A DNA stretch of 63,680 nt, counting the filler, from Nemertoderma westbladi (lineage: Eukaryota > Animalia > Xenacoelomorpha): assembly GCA_032718475.1 (NCBI GenBank). It is 3 parts of 3 records of this genome, joined end to end, with 100 filler letters (N's around TTAATTAATTAA, not from the genome) between each part and the next. Parts side by side here need not be neighbours in the genome. Positions count along the whole stretch, not along the records: positions 23,632 to 51,473 come from JAUCBJ010005617.1; 2 more parts are not named here. One strand, given 5' to 3'. The position numbers and the translations under genes are program-made. The notes under the pieces were generated by a model, which saw only the letters and a list, made by a program, of their open reading frames with translations, had not been told where the DNA came from and did not search any database. Below are positions 37,301-49,951 of this stretch, in pieces (position 1 is the first letter of the stretch; every line of letters begins with the position of its first letter).

Positions 37301-40300
37301 AACATCCTAATTTTAAGCAGTCTCTGCTTGGATGGAGGCGTTAGAACATCTTAATTTCAAGCAGTCTCTGATTGGACGGAGGCGTTAGAACATCCTAATT
37401 TAAAGCAGTCTCTGATTGGACGGAGACGTTAGAACATCCTAATTTCAAGCAGTCTCTGATTGGACAGAGGCGTTAGAGCATCCTAATTTCGTTCAAGCAG
37501 TCTCTATGATTGGACGGAGACGTTAGAACATCCTAATTTCAAGCAGTCTCTGATTGGATGGAGGCGTTAGAACATCTTAATTTCAAGCAGTCTCTGATTG
37601 GACGGAGACGTTAGAACATCCTAATTTCAAGCAGTCTCTGATTCTGATTGGACGTAGGCGTTAGAACATCCTAATTTCAAGCAGTCTCTGATTGGACGGA
37701 GGCGTTAGAACATCCTAATTTAAAGCAGTCTCTGATTGGACGGAGACGTTAGAACATCCTAATTTCAAGCAGTCTCTGCTTGGATGGAGGCGTTAGAACA
37801 TCCTAATTTCAAGCAGTCTCTAATTGGACGGAGGCGTTAGAACATCCTAATTTAAAGCAGTCTCTGATTGGACGGAGACGTTAGAACATCCTAATTTCAA
37901 GCAGTCTCTGATTGGACAGAGGCGTTAGAGCATCCTAATTTCGTTCAAGCAGTCTCTATGATTGGACGGAGACGTTAGAACATCCTAATTTTAAGCAGTC
38001 TCTGCTTGGATGGAGGCGTTAGAACATCTTAATTTCAAGCAGTCTCTGATTTGACGGAGGCGTTAGAACATCCTAATTTAAAGCAGTCTCTGATTGGACG
38101 GAGACGTTAGAACATCCTAATTTCAAGCAGTCTCTGATTGGGCAGAGGCGTTAGAGCATCCTAATTTCATTCAAGCAGTCTCTGATTGGACGGAGGCGTT
38201 AGAGCATCCTAATTTCAAGCAATCTCTGACTGGACGGAGGCGTTAGAGCATCCTAATTTCAAGCAGTCTCTGATTGGACGGAGACGTTAGAACATCCTAA
38301 TTTCAAGCAGTCTCTGATTGGATGGAGGCGTTAGAACATCTTAATTTCAAGCAGTCTCTGATTGGACGGAGACGTTAGAACATCCTAATTTCAAGCAGTC
38401 TCTGATTGGACGTAGGCGTTAGAACATCCTAATTTCAAGCAGTCTCTGATTGGACGGAGGCGTTAGAACATCCTAATTTAAAGCAGTCTCTGATTGGACG
38501 GAGACGTTAGAACATCCTAATTTCAAGCAGTCTCTGATTGGGCGGAGGCGTTAGAACATCCTAATTTCAAGCAGTCTCTGATTGGACGGAGACGTTAGAA
38601 CATCCTAATTTCAAGCAGTCTCTGATTCTGATTGGACGTAGGCGTTAGAACATCCTAATTTCAAGCAGTCTCTGCTTGGATGGAGGCGTTAGAATATCCT
38701 AATTTCAAGCAGTCTCTGATTGGACGGAGGCGTTAGAACATCCTAATTTAAAGCAGTCTCTGATTGGACAGAGACGTTAGAACATCCTAATTTCAAGCAG
38801 TCTCTGATTGGACAGAGGCGTTAGAGCATCCTAATTTCAAGCAGTCTCTGATTGGATGGAGGCGTTAGAACATCTTAATTTCAAGCAGTCTCTGACTGGA
38901 CGGAGGCGTTAGAGCATCCTAATTTCAAGCAGTCTCTGATTGGACGGAGACGTTAGAACATCCTAATTTCAAGCAGTCTCTGATTGGATGGAGGCGTTAG
39001 AACATCTTAATTTCAAGCAGTCTCTGATTGGACGGAGACGTTAGAACATCCTAATTTCAAGCAGTCTCTGATTGGACGTAGGCGTTAGAACATCCTAATT
39101 TCAAGCAGTCTCTGCTTGGATGGAGGCGTTAGAACATCCTAATTTCAAGCAGTCTCTGATTGGACGGAGGCGTTAGAACATCCTAATTTAAAGCAGTCTC
39201 TGATTGGACGGAGACGTTAGAACATCCTAATTTCAAGCAGTCTCTGATTGGACAGAGGCGTTAGAGCATCCTAATTTCGTTCAAGCAGTCTCTATGATTG
39301 GACGGAGACGTTAGAACATCCTAATTTTAAGCAGTCTCTGCTTGGATGGAGGCGTTAGAACATCTTAATTTCAAGCAGTCTCTGATTGGACGGAGGCGTT
39401 AGAACATCCTAATTTAAAGCAGTCTCTGATTGGACGGAGACGTTAGAACATCCTAATTTCAAGCAGTCTCTGATTGGACAGAGGCGTTAGAGCATCCTAA
39501 TTTCGTTCAAGCAGTCTCTATGATTGGACGGAGACGTTAGAACATCCTAATTTCAAGCAGTCTCTGATTGGATGGAGGCGTTAGAACATCTTAATTTCAA
39601 GCAGTCTCTGATTGGACGGAGACGTTAGAACATCCTAATTTCAAGCAGTCTCTGATTCTGATTGGACGTAGGCATTAGAACATCCTAATTTCAAGCAGTC
39701 TCTGATTGGACGGAGGCGTTAGAACATCCTAATTTAAAGCAGTCTCTGATTGGACGGAGACGTTAGAACATCCTAATTTCAAGCAGTCTCTGCTTGGATG
39801 GAGGCGTTAGAACATCCTAATTTCAAGCAGTCTCTAATTGGACGGAGGCGTTAGAACATCCTAATTTAAAGCAGTCTCTGATTGGACGGAGACGTTAGAA
39901 CATCCTAATTTCAAGCAGTCTCTGATTGGACAGAGGCGTTAGAGCATCCTAATTTCGTTCAAGCAGTCTCTATGATTGGACGGAGACGTTAGAACATCCT
40001 AATTTTAAGCAGTCTCTGCTTGGATGGAGGCGTTAGAACATCTTAATTTCAAGCAGTCTCTGATTTGACGGAGGCGTTAGAACATCCTAATTTAAAGCAG
40101 TCTCTGATTGGACGGAGACGTTAGAACATCCTAATTTCAAGCAGTCTCTGATTGGGCAGAGGCGTTAGAGCATCCTAATTTCATTCAAGCAGTCTCTGAT
40201 TGGACGGAGGCGTTAGAGCATCCTAATTTCAAGCAGTCTCTGCTTGGATGGAGGCGTTAGAACATCCTAATTTCAAGCAGTCTCTAATTGGACGGAGGCG

Positions 40301-41667
40301 TTAGAACATCCTAATTTAAAGCAGTCTCTGATTGGACGGAGACGTTAGAACATCCTAATTTCAAGCAGTCTCTGATTGGACAGAGGCGTTAGAGCATCCT
40401 AATTTCGTTCAAGCAGTCTCTATGATTGGACGGAGACGTTAGAACATCCTAATTTTAAGCAGTCTCTGCTTGGATGGAGGCGTTAGAACATCTTAATTTC
40501 AAGCAGTCTCTGATTTGACGGAGGCGTTAGAACATCCTAATTTAAAGCAGTCTCTGATTGGACGGAGACGTTAGAACATCCTAATTTCAAGCAGTCTCTG
40601 ATTGGGCAGAGGCGTTAGAGCATCCTAATTTCATTCAAGCAGTCTCTGATTGGACGGAGGCGTTAGAGCATCCTAATTTCAAGCAATCTCTGACTGGACG
40701 GAGGCGTTAGAGCATCCTAATTTCAAGCAGTCTCTGATTGGACGGAGACGTTAGAACATCCTAATTTCAAGCAGTCTCTGATTGGATGGAGGCGTTAGAA
40801 CATCTTAATTTCAAGCAGTCTCTGATTGGACGGAGACGTTAGAACATCCTAATTTCAAGCCCTCTCTGATTGGACGTAGGCGTTAGAACATCCTAATTTC
40901 AAGCAGTCTCTGATTGGACGGAGGCGTTAGAACATCCTAATTTAAAGCAGTCTCTGATTGGACGGAGACGTTAGAACATCCTAATTTCAAGCAGTCTCTG
41001 ATTGGGCGGAGGCGTTAGAACATCCTAATTTCAAGCAGTCTCTGATTGGACGGAGACGTTAGAACATCCTAATTTCAAGCAGTCTCTGATTCTGATTGGA
41101 CGTAGGCGTTAGAACATCCTAATTTCAAGCAGTCTCTGCTTGGATGGAGGCGTTAGAATATCCTAATTTCAAGCAGTCTCTGATTGGACGGAGGCGTTAG
41201 AACATCCTAATTTAAAGCAGTCTCTGATTGGACAGAGACGTTAGAACATCCTAATTTCAAGCAGTCTCTGATTGGACAGAGGCGTTAGAGCATCCTAATT
41301 TCAAGCAGTCTCTGATTGGATGGAGGCGTTAGAACATCTTAATTTCAAGCAGTCTCTGATTCTGATTGGACGTAGGCGTTAGAACATCCTAATTTCAAGC
41401 AGTCTCTGCTTGGATGGAGGCGTTAGAATATCCTAATTTCACGCAGTCTCTGATTGGACGGAGGCGTTAGAACATCCTAATTTCAAGCAGTCTCTATGAT
41501 TGGACGGAGACGTTAGAACATCATAATTTCAAGCAGTCTCTGATTGGACGGAGACGTTAGAACATCCTAATTTCAAGCAGTCTCTGATTGGATGGAGGCG
41601 TTAGAACATCTTAATTTCAAGCAGTCTCTGATTGGATGGAGGCGTTAGAATATCCTAATTTAAAGCA
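31314..41667. repeat. 44-bp satellite, ~230 copies, with higher-order structure
   Basis: Unit GTTAGAACATCCTAATTTCAAGCAGTCTCTGATTGGACGGAGRC (period 44: 31318 to 31362); recurring variant series. Confidence 0.98.
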
Positions 41668-42900
41668 ATTAAAGGAATATCCCCCCCCCCCCCTCTCGCT
41701 ACGCCTCTGACTACACTAACTGTAGAACTTTCTGAATTATTATTTGTTGTATTTATTAAAACACCACAACCAAAATTCAATCAATTTCCAATTTTTTCAG
41801 CCATATTAGATTATTCGTGTTGTTGAATCGAGTAAAATTAATTAAATTTAGATGCATTTAATTAATAATTATGCTTCTATGATGATGGAAATATGCATTA
41901 TTTACCTGATAAATTATCTTCGTTTTCGAAGACAATTATCAGCCATATAAAAAATTGATGATATTTTATATAGTAATGGACCAAACGGCTGGTAAGGAAA
42001 TGGCCATATCCTGCGAATGCTCATCAGGTTTACAAATCTGAAATTCGGGTTTCATATTTTAGTTCCCAGTTACAGTACGAATTTAAATTCCCAGATACGA
42101 ATTATTCACAGTAATAAGTGTTTCTGGTAAGTGAATCTGAACCCTCAGTTACGTTCTTGTTACGTTTTTACATCATGTTCTAGAACATGGTTTATTTATT
42201 AAATAGAAAAAAATAGCCTTACGCCGTGAAAAAACATTCAACATTCGAAAGCCCATATCTCAGCTATTTCCTAAATTTAAATTTGTTACATATTTGGAAT
42301 CCTTGCATGGTGAGCTTTCCATCAGAACCAACAAATCAATATAAGGTTAAAGAACTGAGATGGGACTGGTGCTGCAATATCACCGCCGGTGACACTTTTT
42401 TCAAACGCTTGTAGCTAAAGAATATAAACCAAAAATACAAATTCTGGCTCAGTCACTGAGGATGAGGGAGGTGAAACTACTGTAACTCTGTTTCATATCA
42501 TGCTATTCATTCAAATTTGTATAAAAGTTAGGGAGGGGGGGGGGGGGGGGGGTTCATGTTTTTGAATTACAACACTAAATTACAACATTAAATTTAAAAG
42601 CATTCAATAATTATTCAATTCATTTTCTTAATCAAAAGAGACCTTGGTGTAGTGGTTGCATTGAATTCACATCTCTTGGAGGTGGGTTCAGTGTTCAGTC
42701 TGAGATTTGACAGTGTGCTGCAGTATATGTATTCCAACGAAAAAATACGGCACGGGTCAGTAGGTACGGAACTGCGCTGCTGCGATATGTTGTAAGTACC
42801 GGTAGGTACATGTGCTGATGTGCGACGTGCCGATTGTACAGGCTGACCGGGGTGCATGATAGCAAGAAAATATCTGAATATTAAAATGTTAAATTTAAAA

Positions 42901-43228
42901 ATTTATTTAATTAATATCACCTGGAAGCAATACTCGAGCTGATATTTACTTATTTGTACTTTCCTCCTGTTTCACTCTAGCATACTTGAGGCCGTTAGGT
43001 CCGCTGTTAGAGATAGAATATATGCAACTTAAGACTGCCCGTTCAATAGAAGTGGATTAGGTGGGATTGTGAGTGTCAGGGGCTAGTTTAGTGGCTGAGC
43101 TGGTCAGCGATACTGATGAGGACTGTTAGGCCGAAACGTACTGTACGTATACAGTAGCGCGGGTTCAATCCCCGGTGATGCGCTTTCTCATTTTTTCCAC
43201 TTCTGAACAAAACCATAATATTACACCT
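42901..43228 (+). mobile_element. Dispersed, diverged monomer of the 340-bp hammerhead repeat
   Basis: Reverse-complement match to the 50741-51420 units; degenerate hammerhead at 43106-43160; B box GGTTCAATCCC. Confidence 0.9.
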
Positions 43229-44042
43229 ATATTTTTAAAAACTTTCAGTTTCGGATATAGTACACGTATTAATACTGATAAAATATATGCTTTGTTTGTC
43301 CCCAGGATTTCCCTGAAAGGCATAGTCAGATAGTCTTTTACAGGGGTCTGACATTCTGACAGTGACATACAGTAAGGCAGTATGGACATCGCCTTTACCT
43401 CTAGCTCTACCACACACTCAGACTCTGGATACATGGATTACCGCGCCTTTAAAGACATACACAGCATCACACAGTAATTAATGGATTTATTTCATAAAAC
43501 AATATGAATGGCACTGGACATAATATGGATCAATTTTCTTTGCATCATATGATATTATTATATAATCGACAGTTCTAAAGAACTGATAACATTGTACTAA
43601 TTTACTGCTAAATATGGTCCCCAGATAAAATTATACGGATTATTAGTAGGCATAACTATATAATTATCATGTTACTCTACAGCATTTGCCGGATAAAGAA
43701 AAACATACAGTAACGACATAACTATAGAGGCATAACTAAACAAAACTACGCTATTTGAAAAGTCTACAAATTTATCCTTCGTTTAGAAGGATAATTTATC
43801 CTACGAATTGTAGACTGAATTATCAGACAATTTTGACGGCTAAAATGCTGATAATTTCGAAGAAAATTTATTTCGATCAAATTATAGCAGCATATTAGGA
43901 GCAATTTCGAAGGATGTGACTTTGCTGGGTATTCGATTATAGAGGATGCATTGCATGTATATAATTAGCATTAGCACTATCGGTATAGGCCTACACAGCT
44001 ATAAAATGTATACTGTTAGAATCTCCTATTAATGCTCTATAC

Positions 44043-47000
44043 TACTAGGATCGGCATGCTGCATTGCAGCTGCATTTTTAAGAATGCTGTGCCGGCTTGT
44101 CAACAAAATTGCACCGCCACAACTCCCTATCACCCATGACATTTGCTAGATCATCCGCATCTTTAAGGCCAGTGTACTTTAAGATGCGTCTCAAGAAAGT
44201 CATGGGCTGTCCACCATGCTTATTCACTCCATGAGGCTGCCAAAGTACAAGATTATGCACTGGCTAGTCCTCCTGGCGAAAGCAATGTCCTGCAAAGCGG
44301 AGGCGATTTTGTTCTAGTGTCAAGCTTGGGGGAACCAATAAGACACCTCCAATGTTATATAGTGTCTGGTTGGAGATGTGTGCATTGTACTTGACACAAT
44401 GAACCCGGCGTAGCATTCTTGTGAATGTGCCATCCAGAGATTTGGTGTCCTCAGCAGTTAGAGCACAGCATGGACTCCCGTAGAGGAGTACTGGAACTAC
44501 TGCTGCTCTAAATAATCGGACCTTAAGTTTCCGAGTAATTCTCGGTGACTTCCAAATCCTGGAAAGCCTATTCAAGGCTGCCCATGCCTTTCCCTTACGT
44601 ATTCGAAGGTCCTCACCTGACTTCCGGATCCATGATCCCAGGTAACAGAAGTCGTCCACATGCTCAAGCATACCATCCTTTGAGCTTATGCTCAACCGAT
44701 CAGAGACTTGCTGAGGACTTTCAAAGTTAACTGTCAGAATTTTGGTCTTTCTGGAGTTAATAAAAAGACCAACACTAGAAGCAGCATGTTCTAATGAGCT
44801 GAGGAGCCGTTGGGCTCCCTCTAATGATTCTGAGAGTACTCCTAAGTCATCAGCAAAGTCTAGATCAGTTAGGTACTTGGCAGGATTTCCTCGACTTCTG
44901 GAGCCAGTAGGTGGAGTTATCATCACCCCATCATCATTATAATGATCTAAGGACATGCGTAGAACATAGTCAACCACAATAATGAACAAGAATGGTGCAA
45001 GTGTGTCTCCTTGGAGGACGCCCCATAACACTTCAAATGGTTCTGTGTCACCGTCAACAGTAGACACAAATGTTGTCGAACCATCGTATACTGATCTGAT
45101 TGCTGCAATAATTTCATCAGGAATCCCATATAATGAAAGTATGCTGAACATACGTGAGCGAGAGACTGAATCAAAGGCCTTGAAGAAGTCAACAAAGATA
45201 ACAGCTAGATGCCTGTCTTTCTTTTTTGATAACTCTTCAATTATCCTTCTAAGTGCCAAAATGGGCTCCATGGTCCCACGACCTTTACGGAACCCATTCT
45301 GAATTCCACGGAGCAGTCTCTCAATGGGATCCCTGATGCGATTTAATAGAATCCTATTGTATAGCTTTGCAGCAATCGAGATCAATGAGATTCCCCGAAA
45401 AGAACCATAGAGTGTTAGGTTGCCCTTCTTGGGAACAGGCACCAACTTATTTGTTTTCATTTCTTGTCGGACTCTTGTTGTTCGGTACATGTCTACTATG
45501 ATGGGATAGATGAGCTTTAAACACTCAGGTATTTTAAAGACCTCAGGGGGAACACCATCTACTCCACTGGCACGATTGGTCTTAATGCTCTTTGCAGCAG
45601 CCTTCACTTCTGCAAAGGAGATATCGCCAATGGGAATATCTGGGAGTACAGACTCAGACACTTTTACTTCTATAAAGTTATCAGGCAATACCCTGTCATT
45701 ATTGAGGAGCTTTTCAAAGTGGGCTTTCCAACCATTGAGGCGATCGGCTGGTGATTCAGCCTTAACCTTGGTGGTTGGTTGGCTTTTCCGCCCAGTAAGC
45801 AGATTGATCGATTTCCATGCCTGGGATGATAGCCTGCTGTCGTCAGCATCATTGATGGCATCAACCTGTTGGTTTATTAGCTCCTGTAGATTAGCAGAGT
45901 ACTGCCTGTTCAGGGACCTAGATGCAGCCTTAACTGCATTCTTGGCCGCTGTAGTCTGTTTGAGTCGGGACTCTTTCTGCGCCTTATGAAGGTCATTTCG
46001 GCACTTCTGAATTTTGTTGTCAGTCCAGGGGGCCCTTTTCCTGTTTCGAGGGTATACAGGAACTGTTTCTGCAGCTGCTAACTTAACTGCTTCTGTAAAG
46101 GCAGTGTAGCCCTCACAGTGATCTGCCGCCTCAGAGGCAAGAGCCTCATACCTGTTGCTCAGCTGTAGTGTGAAGCTGGATCTCAAACTTGGTTGTTGCA
46201 ACAGAGAGGACCAGTCATGCCGCGGCAAGGCAGATTTCGTTGTTCTGCTAGCACGCAGACTAAGTCTTACCTTGGCCACAATAAGGCGGTGATCACTGGA
46301 GAAGGGTCGAAGTGTAAATGCATTACAGTCTTGTATAGAGCTCCTGTATTTCCTACGAAACAGAATATGGTCTATCTGGGACTTGTGACCACTGGGTCCA
46401 CTATGAGTCCATAGCTTTCCAGTTCGCTTCTTGAACTGGGTTCCAGCCGAAAACAATCCATTTCCTGAGATAAAATCCTGAAGATGGACAGAATTTCGGT
46501 TAACACTATTGCTATAGACCCAGGGCGATGTAGGTGATTGATGCAGACTTGCATTAAAGTCTCCCAGGAATGTTAAGAATGCATGCTGATCCACTCCATC
46601 AGTAGCTGCTTGTAGATTGTGGTAGAAATTTTCCACCTCCTCTACAGGGGCAACACTAGTTGGAGAGTAGCACACAATCAGAACCACCTTAGGAAACTTC
46701 TTAGCCAGTCTTCCAGAACATGAGAAGTGGCAACGGATGATGCGGTTAGAGATTTGGTCTATTTTGTCCAATGCTGCATGTGCAGTTGGATTCATCAATA
46801 GACCAATTCCACCATTGCCACTATGACAATCTGGCCTTCCTAGTGACCCAGGGTTTGGGCCAGAAAGGTCATCAGGAAAGGGACTCAAATAATTGCTGGC
46901 TGCTCTCTCTCCAGTAGGGGGTGAGACAGGCAGCCGGTCAGGAGTTAACTGACGCCTGTGAGGCCGATTGTGTCCGGTAATTCCACTGGCCTCTAGTGGC

Positions 47001-47519
47001 CGGACCTCCGCATTGCTAATGTAATCCATAGTGGGGGTTGGGGGGTGCTTTTTTGCCGAGTCAGCTCTCGGGGCAAATACCACACCCTGGTTTGCCATTC
47101 CACAGGGTGGGTGTCACAATGGAGTCAGATATGAGGCCCATCACCCATCTACTCTGGCGCACATGACCCACCATTGGCTGTTGCAGCTCATCTGCTGGGT
47201 CATGCCCTGTACCCTTGCTGCCAGGTGCAGGTCGCAGTGAAGTGCTCTCAGAGTGGACATGAGAACACTCTACTCCTGACCAGCCATTGGTAGATCACCA
47301 TCTGCCTGGTCAGGCCATATACCCCTGCAGCCAAGTATATGGGTCCTTAATCCAGGACCAAGGGCGTCCTTATCCCAGAACGAAGGGGGTCCTAGTTACA
47401 GGACCAGATTTGCCCTAGTAAGAGGGTCTATGCAGCTACAGGTGGCACCTCCTTTATGCTGCATGGAGGTGGCAAGTTTTCTTGATCAATGACCTAGAAT
47501 ACCTGACCTGACCACTGAC
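44043..47519 (-). mobile_element. Near full-length RTE LINE, copy A
   Basis: 12-bp TSD AATGCTCTATAC (44031-44042 and 47520-47531), (TAG)n tail and ~420-bp 5' UTR. ORF 44264-47098 has APE (CYSPT, GDFN, SDH) and RT (LDFADD) motifs, an in-frame deletion of the APE N-terminus and a premature TAG at 44264. Confidence 0.95.
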
Positions 47520-47672
47520 AATGCTCTATACAGTAGTAGTAAAGTTAGTACAAATATTAATTATTAATTAATTAATTAATTGCTGACAGCTGGACAGTGT
47601 TTGTTGATCAAGAAAATAACGGGCAACCGAAAAGTTGTCCCAAAAGGCAAAGTAGCCCTATTTTAAAGTACA

Positions 47673-47913
47673 AAGCAAAAGCAAAGCAAACAGTCGGCCG
47701 AAGCCGGAGGCGACCCGAAGGCTCCTCTTTCGATAGTTGCTACCCGAGAGGGTAGGGGTGGGCGCTACTCCTATCCCAAGTTTTGCTCCCAGTTATTTAA
47801 CTGGTACTCATTTTATCGACCCCAGTGGATGAAAGGCTGAGTGGACCCTGACGGGGCTGAACCTACAACCTATAGCTCAACCGGCGCTCAACCAACTGAG
47901 CTACCCCGCCATA
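47673..47913 (-). mobile_element. tRNA-derived SINE with conserved central domain (MetaSINE/MESC-like)
   Basis: A box TAGCTCAGTTGG, B box GGTTCAGCCCC, core GTCCACTCAGCCTTTCATCC..GGGGTCGATAAAATGAGTACCAG, (TTTGC)n tail and 10-bp TSD TTAAAGTACA (47663-47672 and 47914-47923). Confidence 0.85.
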
Positions 47914-48656
47914 TTAAAGTACATTTAACCTAAAAAACCTATTTTTGATGAAATTTTCAAAAGTAGGTGATTTAAAAAACCTAAAAAAACCTAGGTGCTA
48001 AAAAACCTATTTTGCCAGCCCTGCTTATACTGCTGTACTGTTACAGTGTTATACTATAGCTGTATATGGTATACTGGTCAGCTGGTATAGGTAGAGGTGG
48101 GTACTGCATACTGCATGTACTGACTGAGGTACCGGTAGTACACTGGTACATGGGTTGGGTACTGAGAGTAGATAATACTGAATACAGGAATAGGCCTTGG
48201 ACAAGAAGACCAGGCCAGGCAGTCAGGTGTGACTGCAACAGACAATCCAACAGCAACCACAACCCAGCAACCAGCAGACCAGCAGGAACAGACCAGCCCA
48301 GCAAGAAGATAAAAAGGTCGACTAGTCAGCTAGTCTGCTGGTAAAGTAAAAAAGTGCAAAACAAAAATAATGAATTCGGTAAGTACTGAAGAAAGCAGTA
48401 AAGCAGGCAGACAGGTAATGAGGTAAAGTAAGCAGGTTGCAGGTAGGGTAGCAGGGTAGGGGTCTGTTGTCTGTCAGTCTGTATCCAGGACAGGTAGGCC
48501 TATTGCCTATACTATACAGCTATAAGCAGATAAGACAGTCATATTGGATAGCCTAGTTCTTCTTCAGTACTTACAGACTTAGCGGTACCGGTTAGCCGAC
48601 TGTGGGTGGACTGCCGGTATCTCAGGTTGGAATTTATGTAGAGTTTGCTCAACATG

Positions 48657-49560
48657 TGTGGCGCGGATTAAGGATTCTGGCGCGTAGTGACAGGGGCGTG
48701 TGGCGCGGATTAAGGATCCTGGCGCGTAGTGACAGGGGCGTGTGGCGCGCATTGAGGATCCTGGCGGTCCTGGCACGAATATGGATGTAGGGTGTATGGT
48801 TAGGTTGGGACAGTACATGCAGTAGGAGGTAGCGTAGCAGTGCACTAGCAACACATCCCACTCTACGGCTCTATCTGTCTATTTGAAATTATTCCATAGG
48901 TTTAAAAAGATTGAAAAATGTCCGAGCTCGCTTCGCTCGCGTTTATACTGTAAATCTACTCTTACTGTCTTAGTACTGTCTGGCTGTGGACAAATGGAAA
49001 AGGACAGATTGAGCATGACCATTAAAAACATGACTTATTGTTTCAAAAGTTTTTCAATTGTCAGATTCTTCAAACCAATAAAACCATGAAAGCCTGCATG
49101 ATTCAGCAGAATTTCCGTGCTCGCTACGCTCGCAATTTACCGGTAATGACATCTGCATTTCTGCATTTGAAAACAGTCGGTTTGCCTACTTTAAATGCTG
49201 AAATGTTAAAATTTTCGTGCTCGCTTCGCTCGCATCTTCATCACATCTGCATTTAAAAACAGTCAGTTGACGTTGACCTACTACTACTACTACTACAACT
49301 ACAGCACTATCTGACTATTACTGTCAGACTGTATTTATGTTAACATAATTGGAAAATTTCCTTGCTCGCTACGCTCGCATTTTAATGTTAACATACTGTA
49401 GGGCTAGGCCTACAGAATTCAGGAATTATAAACTGATAAATTATTACAATTAAGCAATTACTGAAAAATTTCATAGTCAATTGTTGGCTTGGCGCGCATT
49501 AGATATCATGGCTGGCGCGATTTTCGTTTAACCAGAACGCGTGTGGCGCGCTTTTTGTCA
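48657..49560. repeat. DNA-transposon/MITE relic with 42-bp tandem repeats and GCTCGCTWCGCTCGC motifs
   Basis: GTGTGGCGCGGATTAAGGATYCTGGCGCGTAGTGACAGGGGC repeated ~2.7 times at 48657-48775; GCTCGCTWCGCTCGC at ~48926, 49118, 49218 and 49364. Confidence 0.5.
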
Positions 49561-49798
49561 GTATTCCATATAGGATGTATCCTATCCAGGTAGGCCTATC
49601 TACCTGTCTAGTTTCTGAGTTTAGCAGTTTGCCAATAATGTGAAAATGGTATAATCAATAGCCTAAACACTTTATCAATTGCCTTGCAGGGAATATGCAG
49701 TTTTAGGGTACCCACACAGTCACACACACACCCACCCACACGGCTATTGGATTTGCATACTGTATGAAACTCGCTGGTTACAATAGTCTGATAGTGGC

Positions 49799-49951
49799 GG
49801 CCTCATCCCTAATCAGCTAATTAAAACTGGCACGTAACCCTAACCAACCCTAAGTCATAATCTAAAAAATTTAGCGGAATTTCTTAGATTAGGCCTATGA
49901 CTTATGGTTAGGGTTACATGACAGTTTTAACTTTTAATTATGGTTTGAGGC
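49799..49951. repeat. ~150-bp imperfect palindrome (foldback MITE)
   Basis: GGCCTCA..TAAAACTG.CAYGTAACCCTAACCA..TAAGTCATAATCTAA is mirrored by TTAGAT(TAGGCC)TATGACTTATGGTTAGGGTTACATGACAGTTTTA..TGAGGCC. Confidence 0.75.

Noticed and set aside
31314-41667. CRISPR-like appearance of regular hairpin repeats
   Set aside because: No unique spacers, no cas genes and a eukaryotic context; it is a satellite.
47400-47519. HDV-like ribozyme at the RTE 5' end
   Set aside because: Only simple hairpins are visible; the nested double pseudoknot could not be assigned by eye.
49835-49920. Telomere-like TAACCC/TTAGGG units
   Set aside because: Only 1-2 units within the arms of a palindromic MITE; not a telomeric array.
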